A stretch of 63,072 nucleotides of DNA, counting the filler, from Chiloscyllium plagiosum (lineage: Eukaryota), in the NCBI RefSeq assembly GCF_004010195.1. It is 3 parts of one record of this genome, joined end to end, with 100 filler letters (N's around TTAATTAATTAA, not from the genome) between each part and the next. Parts side by side here need not be neighbours in the genome. Positions count along the whole stretch, not along the records: positions 1 to 22,598 come from NC_057711.1; positions 22,699 to 54,392 come from NC_057711.1; 1 more part is not named here. One strand, 5' to 3'. The translations under genes and the position numbers were made by a program. This document shows, piece by piece, positions 12,110-23,972 of this stretch. The notes beneath the pieces are model-generated. The model saw only the letters and a list, made by a program, of their open reading frames with translations, was not told where the DNA came from and did not search any database. Each line of letters starts with the position of its first letter. The first letter of the stretch is position 1.

Positions 12110-12780
12110 TGGGGTGGTTGATTTTGACTGACACAACTAGCATTTATTGCCCATTCCAAATCGCTCTTGAACTGAGTGGCTTATTAAGTCTTGGCAGAAA
12201 GATAGTTAAGATTCAATCACACTTCTGTGGATCTGGGTCACACATAGGCCGTACCGGGTAAGAATGGCAGATTTCTTTCGCCTATGTCCGTGAATCAAAT
12301 TGGTTTTCATGACAGTTGATGATAATATGGTCACAATTCCTGAGACTAGCTTTCAATTCCACATTTTCATTCACAGTGGCTCAGTGGTTAGCGCTGCTGC
12401 CTCACAGCACCAGGGACCTGGGTTCGATTCCAGCCACAGGTGACTGTGTGGAGTTTGCACATTCTCCCCGTGTTAGCGTGGGTTTCCTCTGGCTGCTCCG
12501 GTTTCCTCCCACAGTCCAAAGATGTGCAGGACAGGTGAATTGGATATGCTAAATTGCCCATAGTGTTAGGTGCATTAGTCGGGGGGCGGGGGGGGTTGGG
12601 ACTGGGTGGGCTACTCTTTGGAGGGTCGGTCTGGGACTTGTTGGGCCAAAGGGCCTGTTTCCACACTGTGAGGAATCTAATCATCTAATCTCTATGAGCT
12701 GTCATGGTTGGATTTGAACTCATATCCCTCAAGCATTAGCTTGGGCCTCTGGTGTATTAGTCCCATGCTATATTATAAAT
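12110..12780 (-). mobile_element. tRNA-derived SINE (second family), split by an HE1 insertion
   Basis: GCATTTATTGCCCATTCC..CTTGAACTGAGTGGC..GGATTTGAAC..GGGCCTCTGG; paralogous to 54860-55250. Confidence 0.7.
12372..12692 (+). mobile_element. HE1-type V-SINE, near full length
   Basis: A box GTGGCTCAGTGG, B box GGTTCGATTCC, V core and (ATCTA)n tail. Confidence 0.92.
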
Positions 12781-13467
12781 GGACTGGAATTTACACTGTG
12801 ACTGGTGGAGGGAAGAATGTCTCGGTTTAACCATATGAATAAAAAAAAGCAGATAATCACAAACAATTTTTTTTCTGGAATTCAAAGAAAAAGAGTATTT
12901 TAAACCATCCTAATTGCACCACTGATTTCCAATCTACTAACTAATGCATTTGTTTCCATGTCATTTTATACTTGGCACAAATCAGACATAAGTGGTGTCA
13001 TAAATTCACAGTATTAATTGTAGTGGCACTTTATCGATTCTCACAGCTTATTGATTGTCTTCAAACCCAATATAGTCCACAAAATGAACTGGCCTTGTGA
13101 ATTAATTCTGTGGACTTTCCATGGCATTAAGACCATTAAAATTTGGTGTCTGGTCTTTGAAAGTAAAGTGCTTGACCAGCACAATATTGTGCATATGCCT
13201 CATGCCAGATCATTGTCTATACAGGTACAAAACAACTCAGCTTTATTTTGTGGGGAGGAGATTTAAAAGAAATGCCAAAGAAAATGGTAGCATCAGGTTT
13301 CCGATCAACAGTTTTAAAACTTCCTTCAGTGGATGTGGACTTTTCTTTTTGCTGGACTAGAGTTTATTCCCCTCCTTTAATTCCATTGAGAAGGTGGTGA
13401 TGTGCTGCTTTTTGAAGCATTGCAGTCCACTTGATGTCAGTATGGCCACAATGCTATTAGGGAGGGA

Positions 13468-14337
13468 TGATGTGGAGATGCTGGTGTTGTGACTGGGATG
13501 GACAAAGTCAGAAATCACACGACACCAGGTAATAGACCAACAGGTTTATTTGAAATCACAAGCTTTTGGAGTGTTGCGCCTTCATCAGGTGAAGTGAGAG
13601 GGAAGCACATAGAATTTATGAGCAGTGAGATCAAGGGCAGAGGGATCAAAAGATCATACAAATGGTGTGAGTGGAATAATAACCTGCAAATGACCAAGGG
13701 TGTTAGACGGTGTGAGTAAAATGTCAACAGCTGAACAACAACCCTTCGGAAGACTTAGAATCCGATTGAATGAGACAGAGAGATAATTATAAACAATTAA
13801 TAATAAGGTGATGCTGGAGACAAAACAAACATGGAACACAGACAGAAGCTGTTGGAACAGTGCAGCAGGCCCGGCAGCATCTGCGAAGAGAAACCAGAGG
13901 AAGGGTCACCGGACCCGAAACGTTAACTCTGATTTTTCTTCACACATGCCACTAGACCCACTGAGCCTCCCAGTAATCTCTGCCCCAGCTCCTGATTTAC
14001 AGCATCCACATTTCTTTCAGTTTTTAATTGACTGGAATAACACTATAGGTATAAGAGTTGCGTGCCGAGGGTCTAACCAAAGTAATAATCAAACTCTGTA
14101 CAAACTATTTAATGTGGAGAGATCATAACAATTTATCAAGATGATGGTGTCAAAACAGGACAGGAAGATAGATCTTACAGATACAGAACAGTGTATGTCG
14201 GGGTTACATGTAGCCCGACATGAACCCAAGGTCACAATTGAGGCTGTCTTCATGGGTACAGAACTTAGTTTCTGCTTAGCGATTCTGCGTTGTTGTGTAT
14301 CTCGAAGGCTGCCATCGAGGGCACTTAGCTGAAGCTA
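13468..14337 (-). mobile_element. Penelope-like retrotransposon 3' fragment (GIY-YIG C-terminus, 3' UTR, degenerate hammerhead, tail)
   Basis: Minus strand near 14215-14335 encodes ..LDGSLRDTQQRRIAKQKL.. then frameshifted LGFMS..Y, the PLE endonuclease end; terminus matches 7982-8106. Confidence 0.82.
13833..14025 (+). mobile_element. Short foldback PLE-derived insertion of another family, nested in a PLE
   Basis: Left arm CAGCAGGCCCGGCAGCATCTGCGAAGAGAAA joins GAAGGGTCACCGGACCCGAAACGTTAAC (stem II, GAAA, ACGT), followed by the tail CTGATTTACAGCATC. Confidence 0.72.
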
Positions 14338-15380
14338 TTGCCCTCAGGAAGGGAGTTCAAGGATTTTGCCCTCTTGACGTTGATGGAATGGCTATATGTT
14401 GAGAAGTCAGGATGGTGAGTGGCTTGTAGGGGAACTTGCAGGAAGTGGTACTACAATATATCTGCTCTCCTTGTCCTTCTAGATGATAGCAATTCTGGGA
14501 TTAGAAGGTGCTGTGGAAGGATCCTTGGTGAGACTGGTTTTGGGATAAACCTTTCCCAGCTAGGGTTCTGGGATGCCAGAACAAGTTTTAGAGTGGTTTT
14601 GAACCTCCAACAAGGCTCTGGACATGAAAGAAACCGAGTATTCTGTTGTTGATGTTGACCAATATCACCCAAGAACTTGTCTTTTAATGTTTTGCTTGTG
14701 GGTCTTTGCTATGTTTGTACTGTTTGCTGCATTTGCCTGTATAGCAATGATAGACAATTCATTGGAAAGATTGCGAAGCGATGGGATTTCATTCAGCTTC
14801 TTTATGCATTAGTCTCTGATATGAATGGTCAGTAATGTTGGTCGAGCTCGGTTACCATTTTACCTCTATTTCTTTGACAAGGTGAATGATATATCATAAT
14901 ACTGTAAAATGTGTCATCTTCTCACAAATGTGTAACCATTCAGTGAGAATCAGGAATTATTTCAGCTTCATATATTGGCTGACAACATATTAATCTTGCT
15001 GGGAGCTATATAACTATACACTGACTTCAGAAAACATTCAGTTATTAAGTAAAGTATAAATGAAGCAATCTATGTCAAGTAAGTGAAATTAATCTCTCTG
15101 CCTGTAATTGTGTCTGTTTATGTCACTTCAGTGATTTCTTGAGGCCCTGGAGCTCTTGTTTGTCATTCTAGTAGGTTTGTGATGAAAAGCTGACTAAATC
15201 TTTGTTTTCCATTCCTGTTGATTCTGAAGTTTAGCATATCCCTTCATGGAACAGAGTGCACTATAATCCTAGGAGGAGGCTTTGCAGAAATGGTAGTGCT
15301 ACAGTGTATTACAATTAACAGTAAAATGCCTAATTGCAACACTAGCAAGTTTCACCACCCCTTTTTTTTCTTCATACAGC

Positions 15381-15512
15381 ACATAGAATCATAGAGATGT
15401 CCAGCACGGAAACAGACGGTTCAGTCCAACTCATCCATGCTGACCAGATATCTGAACCTAATCTAGTCGCACTTGCCAGCACCTGGCCCATATCCCTCCA
15501 ACCCCTTCCTAT
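15381..15512 (-). mobile_element. HER1/CR1 tail fragment
   Basis: CATAGAATCATAGAGATGTCCAGCACGGAAACAGAC..GGCCCATATCCCTCC. Confidence 0.85.
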
Positions 15513-15676
15513 GTCTTATGGCCTTATAAATACGGTCAGAATAGATAATAAGATGATGGTAATGCATGCAACATGTGGCATTCAACCAGCACTTATGGTG
15601 TTCAAAGTTTGGGAGAAGATTTGTAGCTCGGGTGCTCGTTGTTGTGGTTCTGTTCGCCGAGCTGGAAATTTTTGTT

Positions 15677-15716
15677 GCAAACGTTTCGTCCCCTGTCTAA
15701 GTGACATCCTCAGTGC
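15677..15716 (-). ncRNA. Minimal hammerhead ribozyme motif in the PLE 3' repeat
   Basis: GCA-CUGAGGA-U-GUC(ACUUAGACAGGG)GAC-GAA-ACGU-U-UGC: stem I GCA/UGC, palindrome ACGU, GUU triplet. Confidence 0.75.
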
Positions 15717-15827
15717 TTGGGAGCCTCCTGTGAAGCGCTTCTGTGGTGTTTCCTCCGGCATTTATAGTGGCCTGTCCCTGCCGCTTCCGTTTGTCAGTTT
15801 CAGCTGTCCGCTGTAGTGGCCGGTATA

Positions 15828-15924
15828 TTAGATTAGATTAGATTACTTTACAGTGTGGAAACAGGCCCTTCGGCCCAACAAGTCCACACCGACCCGCCGA
15901 AGCGTAACCAACCCATACCCCTAC
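15828..15924 (-). mobile_element. HE1 SINE 3' tail inserted in the Penelope copy, running into the gap
   Basis: (TTAGA)n..ACAGTGTGGAAACAGGCCCTTCGGCCCAACAAGTCCACACCGACC. Confidence 0.88.
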
Positions 15925-16006
15925 NNNNNNNNNNNNNNNNNNNNNNNNNNNNNNNNNNNNNNNNNNNNNNNNNNNNNNNNNNNNNNNNNNNNNNNNNNNN
16001 NNNNNN
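15925..16006. other. Assembly gap (82 N)
   Basis: N run. Confidence 0.99.
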
Positions 16007-16944
16007 TTTTTTCTATTTCTGTGTTTTTAATGATTACAAACGTGTCATCGACATATCTGACCCAGAGTTTGTGTTGAATTTGTGGTAGGACTGTTTGTTC
16101 TAACCTTTGCATAATTGCCTCTGCTATGAGTCCCGAGATTGGTGATCCCATGGGTGTTCCGTTGATTTGTTCGTATATCTGGTTGTTGAATGTGAAGTGT
16201 GTTGTGAGGCACAAGTCCAGTAGTTTAAGTATGCCGTCTTTGTTGATAGGTTCAACGTCCTGTTGTCTGTTCTGTATGTCCAGCAGGTTGGCTATTGTTT
16301 CTCTGGCTAGGGTTTTGTCAATAGAGGTGAACAGTGCCGTTACGTCGAATGAGACCATAGTTTCTTCCTTGTCTATGTGTATATTTCTGATGTCCAAGTC
16401 ACTTATGGTGACTTGATTGTCAGAAGTACTTGTTAGTGTTTGTTCTCTGAAGCCCAAAATAATTTACAGATTTACTATGGTTTGTAACATTCCCCTTTTT
16501 ATTCTGCAAAAAGACAAATGGGATCTTCAGTTTTCCTGTTTTTGGTTAAATCTGCATGTTAAGGATGGGGTGGATAGATTTTGTAACCTTTTGATTTTTT
16601 TTAACCACCTCTTTTTAATTACTGAATCCTTCTGAACTCCTAATTCAGTGAAGTTTGGGCCTTCCTGCTTTGCATGAGAGAGATTGTCAAAACTCTTTGG
16701 AAATCCAGGATACTTCAAAAAGCTTTCTGAGCTCCATTAAACCATTGGTTGCCTTGCTGTACATGAGTATTTTCTGGAATCAGGTAATTGCTTCACTGTT
16801 TTAAATTTCTTTTTCTACAAAGAAATGGAGTTTGGAAACATATTAATGTGGGTTGATTGTTAACAAATATGTAAAATCTTTCCTTGTTCCCTGGGTTCCA
16901 TAGTACTTCACACTTGACCGATGTGAATTTTAGTTTGTGTATTA

Positions 16945-17032
16945 GAGCCATAGAGATGTACAGCATGGAAACAGACCCTTTGGTCCAATTCGTCCATGCC
17001 AACCAGATATCCTAACCTAATCTTGTCCCATA
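16945..17032 (-). mobile_element. HER1/CR1 tail fragment
   Basis: CATAGAGATGTACAGCATGGAAACAGACCCTTTGGTCCAA. Confidence 0.85.
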
Positions 17033-18049
17033 TTGTTGAGTACTGTTAGATATAGCCCAATATCTGACTTGACAGGAATAGATGAGTTGAAGGAGGGAGC
17101 CTAATTCTGCTTTATGATCACTTGAGTTTTTTGCATCTGGTGACATGGAATATTCTATATCATTCCATTGTAACAGTTGGTTCATGAATCTATTATACTT
17201 CAAAACTTATGCTGGTGAAAATGAGCAGAAATTACCATTCCGATTCACAACCCTTTTTCCAACAAGAATCAGAATAGTCTGTATTATAGGTTTGTTTGCT
17301 CTTTCAAAGGAAAGCAAATCTTTAACAAAATGCTTTTTCTTCAAATTATTTCACTGTATTTCTTCTTCCATTCAAAATTGTTGGTAAATATATTGTTTTA
17401 ATCAGGAAAATCTAAACTGATTTTGATGGGTGGTATTCCAATGTGTGTGGCAGTCCACTGTAGGATTGAATTTGATCATGTAATGATAAAAAGTTGAAAG
17501 GACAATTGCTAACCCTTAGGGAAACTATCTGCAAGCTCAGGTTACTGAGAAGGTAATGTTTTCAGACCCAATAGTACAAGGTCCTGTTGTCAAAATTGCT
17601 GCTGAGGTATTATGTGAACAAACAATCCTATGTGGTCCAATTTTTAGAAAGAAAAATGTCATATGGGTATTTTTATCCTCATTTTCTTGTCTGCTTCACT
17701 CTATCCCTGCAGCAAATAAGGTAGACATACGGTTTATTCCCATTTAACTGCCAGTGTCTAATGACACCACCTTGCCATGCTGTTCAGCCTCTCCTTTAAC
17801 ATTGCATCTGAGATCCCTGCTTGACAGGCCCCGACACAATGTCTTGTTCTCAGTTTGTAATTATGTACATGAAGACAAGAACGAGTATTCACCTCCCACT
17901 TTGACCTGTGAATGCTCTGATCTTAACTATCTAGTGGCACCGCGATAACTTCCATGTATGTTTCCTTGCAAGTTTTAACTGATTAATTATCTATTTTCCT
18001 TTCATGATGGTTGGGGGATCACATCACAAAATAATGTGTCATTCACTTG

Positions 18050-18400
18050 CCAGCTTGGTTCAGTGGTCATTCTCTAACTTAAGAGTCAGAAGGTTAAAGA
18101 TTTTTAAGTCCCATTCCAGAGACTCGAACCTGCACCTACACTGACACTGAAGTAAGAAAACTGGAGATGCCTTCTTTTAGATGAGATAACTCTTTTGCAA
18201 ATGATCCGAGGTGCAGCAAGTTCATTTTGACCAATATTTATCCATAAAGGGACCATCAAACCAGATGAAATAGCCTTTTTTTGTCAGTTGCTTGCTAAGG
18301 TTACTTGAAGTTTACAATATGGCTGCTGCTTTGCTGCTGCTTTTGGATATACAGCAATGACACCACTTCAGGAATGCTTCTTGAGTTTATGTGAAAATGC
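18050..18400 (+). mobile_element. Degenerate DeuSINE (SacSINE1-like)
   Basis: GGTTCAGTGG..GAGTCAGAAGGTT..AAGTCCCATTCCAGAGAC..GGAGATGCCTTCTTTTAGATGAGA..GACCAATATTTATCC..TGGCTGC. Confidence 0.68.
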
Positions 18401-19239
18401 AGATGTATTTCATCATTATGTCAATAAAACTACACTTTCTGCCGTCATGAAGAATTATGTTTATTGTGAACAAAAAAGGATGTTTCCATTTTAACTATCC
18501 TAATACACAGCATGAGTACAAATCTCAAAAATACACTTCTAAGAGGGAATTATTTCCAACCTTTATTTCTTAAGGTAACGATAAGTGAGCTTGGACGTGC
18601 ATATCTTTGCTCCTCCAGTGATATAGCAAGGCTTCAGCGTTCGAAGAGTTTGTCACATTTCTTCTGTGTAACTATTTCTTGCATGCATTATTGTTGTTTT
18701 GTGAAATGTCCTGATGGGAGTTTAAACACATAATTAACCATCAGTTTACTGGAGTATGCAATAATTTGCTGGAATTCACCTACTTGTCAATTGGTAATTC
18801 AGTAAATCCTCATTATGATTATCTTGACTGCTCAAAGACATTGCAATGTGAGCAGAAAATGAACAAGTAGTCAACTTCCCGACTCTGTGGTGGTCCATGT
18901 TTAGAATCCTGAGGAAGCATTATTTAAAACCCATAGTTATTCAAGAATAAGATCATTCTACACTCTTAATCGGGAGCACGCGACACAGAAATTCCATGCC
19001 TCAATGTGTGAAGTGATTAAGTGTGATAAGAATAATTGAGAAAATGCAACATAACATAAAAGGTACAGTTCTGAAGAGGGTGCAGGAACACAGAGACCTA
19101 AGTTATTTTGGGGACAAATCCTTGAAAGTGAAGAGCAAGTTAACAGCACAGGTTATAAAGCATATGGATTCGTAGACTGGTGTGACCACATCTGGAGTAT
19201 TCTGGTTATATCTGAACATTACTCTCCAGGAAACATATG

Positions 19240-20060
19240 AAGACATTAGAACATAAGGACTAGAAGCAGGAATAAGCAATTCAAGCTCTCGAGCCTACTC
19301 CGCCATTTAATATAATTGTGGCTGATCTCATCTTACCCTCAACTTCACTCTCCTGCCCACTCTCTATTACTCTTAAACTCATTACTAATGAAATATCTGC
19401 GTTAATCTTCCTCAAGTTTACTCAATGTCCCAACATCTACAACACTCTGGGGTAGTGAATTCCACAGACTCACGATCCTTTGAGAGAAGTAATTTGACCT
19501 CATGATGTTTTAATATCTGCCACCCTTTATACTAGAAGTATGATTTCTTGTTTTAGATTGTTCCACACGAGCAATACCTTTCTATACCTATTTTGTCAAT
19601 CCCTTTTAGCATCTTATGGACTTCAATTAGATCTTCTCTCATTCTTCAGAAAATATAGGTCTAAACTGCTCAATCACTCTTCATAAGACAAAATCCTAAT
19701 TTCTTGACTAAATCTAATTCTCTGAACTGCCACCCATTTAAATACATCTCTCCTTGAGTAAGGGGATGGAAATTGTACGCAGTCCTTCAGGTGTGGTCTC
19801 ACTAATGCCTGGTACAGTTGCAGGTAATACTTGCCCACTTTTATATTCTAGTGAGTTAGAAATTAATGCCAAAATTTATTTTTCATTCCTTAGTACTTGC
19901 TATAGTTGCTAGGTTTTAGTGATCCATGCAGGAGGACACCCAGATGCCTGAGTACCAAAGTACTCTGACATTTCTCTCCCAACCAAAATGGATAACGTCA
20001 CAGTTATTCCCATTAAATTACATCTGCCAAACCTTGGCCCATTCACCCAACCTACCATAT
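19240..20060 (-). mobile_element. Old CR1 LINE 3' fragment
   Basis: Tail AGAACATAAGGACTAGAAGCAGGAATAAGCAATTCAAG and GGGTAGTGAATTCCACAGACTCAC. Confidence 0.75.
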
Positions 20061-20079
20061 CTATTTTTTGGTTCGTGAA

Positions 20080-20580
20080 GGTCAGACAGATTCACCTGAT
20101 TCCAGGATTGAAGAAATTGAATCACATGGATAGATTGGTAAAGCTGGAGTTGTTCATCTCAGAGAAAAGTAGTTAAAGAAATTATTTGATTGAGGTGCTC
20201 AACATTATGAGGGGCCTAGGTAGAGTAGATAGGCAGAAACTGTTCCCATTGGTGGAAGGATGGAGAACAAGAGGGCACTGAGATGCGGCAGGACAAAGTG
20301 AGGACGGCAGATGTTTGAGATCAGGATTGAAGAGTGTGGCGCTGGAAAAGCACAGCAGGTCAAGCAGCATCCAAAGAGTAGGAGAGTCAACGTTTCAGCC
20401 ATACGCCCTTCATCAGGACTGATATAAGACAATTGACAAAAGTAGCAATTGCAACAGGCAGAGGCAGATTCGCCTGAAGTTTTCAATATAGAATTGGATA
20501 GTTGTCTCGAGAAAAGTACTGTCGCTGTATGTGCAAAATATGGGAGAATGAGCCAGGTGAATTGCTGTTTGAGAGAACCT
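20080..20580 (+). mobile_element. Old CR1 LINE 3' fragment, interrupted by a PLE piece
   Basis: LIPGLKKLNHMDRLVKLELFISEK-like frame; TTGATTGAGGTGCTCAACATTATGAGGGG. Confidence 0.7.
20290..20421 (-). mobile_element. Short PLE-derived insertion (hammerhead to tail)
   Basis: Minus strand starts AGTC-CTGATGA-A-GGGCGTATGGCT-GAA-ACGT-T-GACT, then GGATGCTGCTTGACCTGCTGTG and the tail ..CATCTGCCGTCCTCACTTT. Confidence 0.82.
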
Positions 20581-20619
20581 TCACATAACTATTCTCTAAA
20601 TCAGAATGACCTTGAGAAG

Positions 20620-21060
20620 GTGACAATGAGCCACGTTCTTGAACACTGAAGTCCGTCTGGTGTAAATGTGTGCACAGTGCAGTTAGGAAGAGAGTTCCTT
20701 ATTTTTGATATAGTGACAGTGAAGGAATAGTGATCAAGTTTCAAGTTATGGTGGTTTGTGATTTGGTGGGAAACCAGCAAGTTTCCTTCCATCCGCTGAC
20801 CTTGCCATTTTAGATGGTAATGGTCACGGGCTTGAAAGGTGCTACTGAAGAAGCCTTGCTGAGTTGCTGCAGTGTATGTAATATATGGTGTTTACTACTG
20901 TCACTGTGTAGCAATGATGAAGGGAGTGAATGTTTCAGTGGGGCATAGGGTGGTGACCTGTCAGGCTTCTTTATACCAACTAGTACCAAACTTCTTTAGT
21001 GTCATTGAAATTGCATTTATTGAGGCAAATGGAGATTATATTACATATCTTGAAGTTGCT
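20620..21060 (-). mobile_element. CR1/L2-like LINE 3' fragment
   Basis: CTTGAGAAGGTGACAATGAGCCACGTTCTTGAACACTG, same family as 8715 and 13325. Confidence 0.68.
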
Positions 21061-21779
21061 GAACAAGGTTTGCAAAGTAGAAGCAGTTTTCTAAGTTTCC
21101 ATTACATTTGAATACCAACAAAAATCCCAAAAACCATTACTGTTCCATCAGTCTGAGCTCCAGTGTTACTTAAATAATCCAGGGTGTGTATCTCTTTTTT
21201 AAATGTACTTTAATTTGAAGTCTTGAACAGAAAAACACGGAATTCTTTAGAAACTGGATAATTCTGCAACGTTTCTGGAATTTCAAAGCTTATTGGGATC
21301 AAAACTGTAAGATGTTTTACCTGTGTGAGGAAGAAGTCTGACAAGATGACCTTTCATAACCAATAATGGTACATTTACTGAACATTTCCCTTTCCAATTT
21401 GACCCAAAATATTATAAATGAGTTCCTTTTACAGGAGACCTTTAGTAATATTCTACAAAAAAAAAACTACTGCTGTCCAAAAGTGATGAAACTAACCTGT
21501 GAAGGAAGAGACGAAATATTTCATAGCTGCATTGATATCTGCAATGTGTTGAGTATGAAAGGTCTATAAATTTTGTCTGGAAGTGATATAAATGTTTGGA
21601 ATGTAATAAACCTGTCCAGATGTTGAGGTACAAACGTGGCTTACAGAGCAGTTATTTTTACTATAAAACCATAGGATAGTTACAGAACTGATGGATGCCA
21701 TCCAATGCAGTAAGCCCATACCAGCTTTCTGCAAACAACTTCTCATTCCCCCACACCCCCACCCACTGCCCATTTTTCG

Positions 21780-22598
21780 TAGAACATAGAACAATACAGC
21801 ACAGAACAGGCCCTTCGGCCCACGATGTTGTGCCGAACATTTGTCCTAGCTAAAGCACCCATCCATGTACCTATCCAATTGCCACTTAAAGGTCACCAAA
21901 GATTCTGACTCTACCACTCCCACAGGCAGTGCATTCCATGCCCCCACCACTGTCTGGGTAAAGAACCCACCCCTGACATCTCCCCTATACCTTCCACCCT
22001 TCACCTTAAATTTATGTCCCCTTGTTAACACTCTGTTGTACCCAGGGAAAAAGTTTCAGACTGTCTACTCTATCTATTCCTCTGATCATCTTATAAACCT
22101 CTATCAAGTCACCCCTCATCCTTCGCCGTTCCAACGAGAAAAGGCCTAGCACTCTCAACCTATCCTCGTACGACCTATTCTCCATTCCAGGCAACATCCT
22201 GGTAAACCTTCTCTGCACCCTCTCCAAAGCTTCCACATCTTTCCTAAAGTGAAGCGACCAGAACTGCACACAATACTCCAAATGTGGCCTAACCAAAGTC
22301 CTGTACAGCTGCAACATCACTTCACGACTCTTGAATTCAATCCCTCTGCTAATGAACACTAATACACCATAGGCCTTCTTACAAGATCTATCCACCTGAG
22401 TGGCAACTTTCAAAGACCTATGAACATAGACCCCAAGATCCCTCTGTTCCTCCACCTGACTAAGAACCCTACCATTAACCCTGTATTCCGCATTCTTATT
22501 TGTCTTTCCAAAATGGACAACCTCACACTTGGCAGGGTTGAACTCCATCTGCCACTCCTCAGCCCAGCTCTGCATCATACCTAAGTCCCTTTGCAGCC
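21780..22598 (-). mobile_element. Young CR1 LINE 3' portion (ORF2 C-terminus 22012-22578), ending in a gap
   Basis: WQMEFNPAKCEVVHFG..LYRTLVRPHLEYCVQFWS..LERVQRRFTRMLPG..RGDLIEVYK; (AGAACAT)n tail. Confidence 0.95.
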
Positions 22599-22698
22599 NN
22601 NNNNNNNNNNNNNNNNNNNNNNNNNNNNNNNNNNNNNNNNNNTTAATTAATTAANNNNNNNNNNNNNNNNNNNNNNNNNNNNNNNNNNNNNNNNNNNN
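22599..22698. other. 100-bp scaffold gap with TTAATTAATTAA linker (44 N + 12 + 44 N)
   Basis: Linker at 22643-22654. Confidence 0.97.
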
Positions 22699-23074
22699 GG
22701 TCCGAAACGTGCTGATCTTCCAGCTGAAGGAGTTGACCCCGACTGAGTGTTGCAGACTGGCACATTCCAAGGTCCAGGACTATGTGTTGAGGGACGCGCT
22801 GAAGCTTGGGGCAGCTGCCGCCAAGGCGCAGTGGGGAAAGACCACTGTGTAAAGTCTGCCTGCCTAATGAAGAACAGGGGGCTTATGCAGTCTTTTGGGC
22901 TCTGCTGACGCCTCAGCTAATTATATGGGCATATGATTGAAAAATGTACAGACCTGTATAAAAATGATAAATTCTGATCTCTTTATGTATATGTTTACAT
23001 ATGTATGGCATGACCAACTGCACAGACCATCAAATAATTTTATGAATAAAGTATATTTTTGAAGTTAAAAAAAA
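22699..23074 (+). mobile_element. Tx1/L1-clade LINE 3' end
   Basis: Frame 22700-22852 reads VRNVLIFQLKELTPTECCRLAHSKVQDYVLRDALKLGAAAAKAQWGKTTV*, followed by a 3' UTR with AATAAA and an A-tail. Confidence 0.78.
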
Positions 23075-23294
23075 GGATGTGCTTCAACCAAATGGCTTTG
23101 TTTGAATATCTGAAGAGATTAATACTTAATTGAGTGAATAGGGTTGACATCCAGTCAGGGGATACCGTCACTATCAGTCATGGCCATTGTCCGATGTCAA
23201 TCCAGGGGTTAGATGGAGATGGAGACCAGAGAGAGAGAGAAAGAAAAACACATTTGGGTAGACAAGGGAGTGGGATAAGCGTCAGAGTGGGGGA

Positions 23295-23972
23295 CCATTT
23301 GCTGGAGTACTCCAGCGAAGCTCAGTGCAAGCTCGAAGAACAATGCTCATTTTCTGCTTGGAAACCCTGCAACCTTCTGCATTCAATACCAAACTCAATA
23401 ATTTCAGGTCCTGAGCTCCTTCTCCCACATCCTTGCTCCAACTCCCACACAGCAGGCTTTGTCATCACATGGGCTGCTGCCACAAACAGACAATTGTCAG
23501 TCAATATGGTCCCCAACAGCAGCTATTCATTCTCCCAGGCTGATGTTTACCCATTCCTTTGTCTGCCCAACTATTTTTCCTTCTCTTTCTGGAGCCCATC
23601 TCCACCTAACATTTATTCTGGTTTCCTCCCACAGTCCAAAGATGTGCAGGTCAGGTGAATTGGCCATGCTAAATTGCCCGTAGTGTTAGGTAAAGGGGTT
23701 ATGGGTGGGTTGCGCTTCGGCGGGTCAGTGTGGACTTGTTGGGCCGAAGGGCCTGTTTCCACACTGTAATGTAATGTAATCTAATCTATTCCTCTTCTAT
23801 CCCTTCTCTAATATATGCACCTTCTTTTTCGCAGCTAATATCGGTTCCTAAGAAGGATGACTGGACCTGAAACGGTAACTCTGCTTCTTCTCCACAGATG
23901 CTGCCTGACCAGTTGAGTGTTTCCAACAGTTTCTGATTTTGCTTCCGTTTTCCTGCATCTACAGTTTTTTTA
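23295..23972 (+). mobile_element. Penelope-like (Neptune-type) 3' fragment, interrupted by a partial HE1
   Basis: EAQCKLEEQ, then frameshifted LIFCLETLQP..NNFR (PLE endonuclease end); ends in decayed hammerhead ..GGACCTGAAACGGTAAC and CAGATGCTGCCTGACC tail region. Confidence 0.78.
23618..23788 (+). mobile_element. 5'-truncated HE1 SINE
   Basis: GGTTTCCTCCCACAGTCCAAAGATGTGCAGG..GGGCCTGTTTCCACACTGTAATGTAATGTAATCTAATCTA. Confidence 0.9.

Larger units (their letters stand above)
13325..14545 (-). mobile_element. CR1/L2-like LINE 3' fragment, interrupted at 13468-14337
   Basis: GAGAAGGTGGTGATGTGCTGCTTTTTGAAG..TTAGGGAGGGA resumes after the insert as GGAAGGGAGTTCAAGGATTTTG..AGTCAGGATGGTGAGTGGCTTG. 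Confidence 0.75.
15601..16399 (-). mobile_element. 5'-truncated Penelope (Poseidon-like) retrotransposon with RT fragment at 16007-16399
   Basis: RT motifs SFDVTALFTSI, QINGTPMGSPISG and RYVDDTF; exact 11-bp TSD CACTTATGGTG at 15590-15600 and 16400-16410. Confidence 0.93.

Noticed and set aside
12372..12440. tRNA genes at SINE heads (also 8237, 9010, 46762, 55456, 60830)
   Set aside because: A/B boxes run directly into the V-SINE core, so these are SINE promoters and not stand-alone tRNAs.
17510..17730. Possible micro-exons (AG..GAGAAG/GTAATG; CTGCAG-CAAATAAG/GTAGAC)
   Set aside because: Such splice-like pairs arise by chance, with no recognisable peptide or partner exons.
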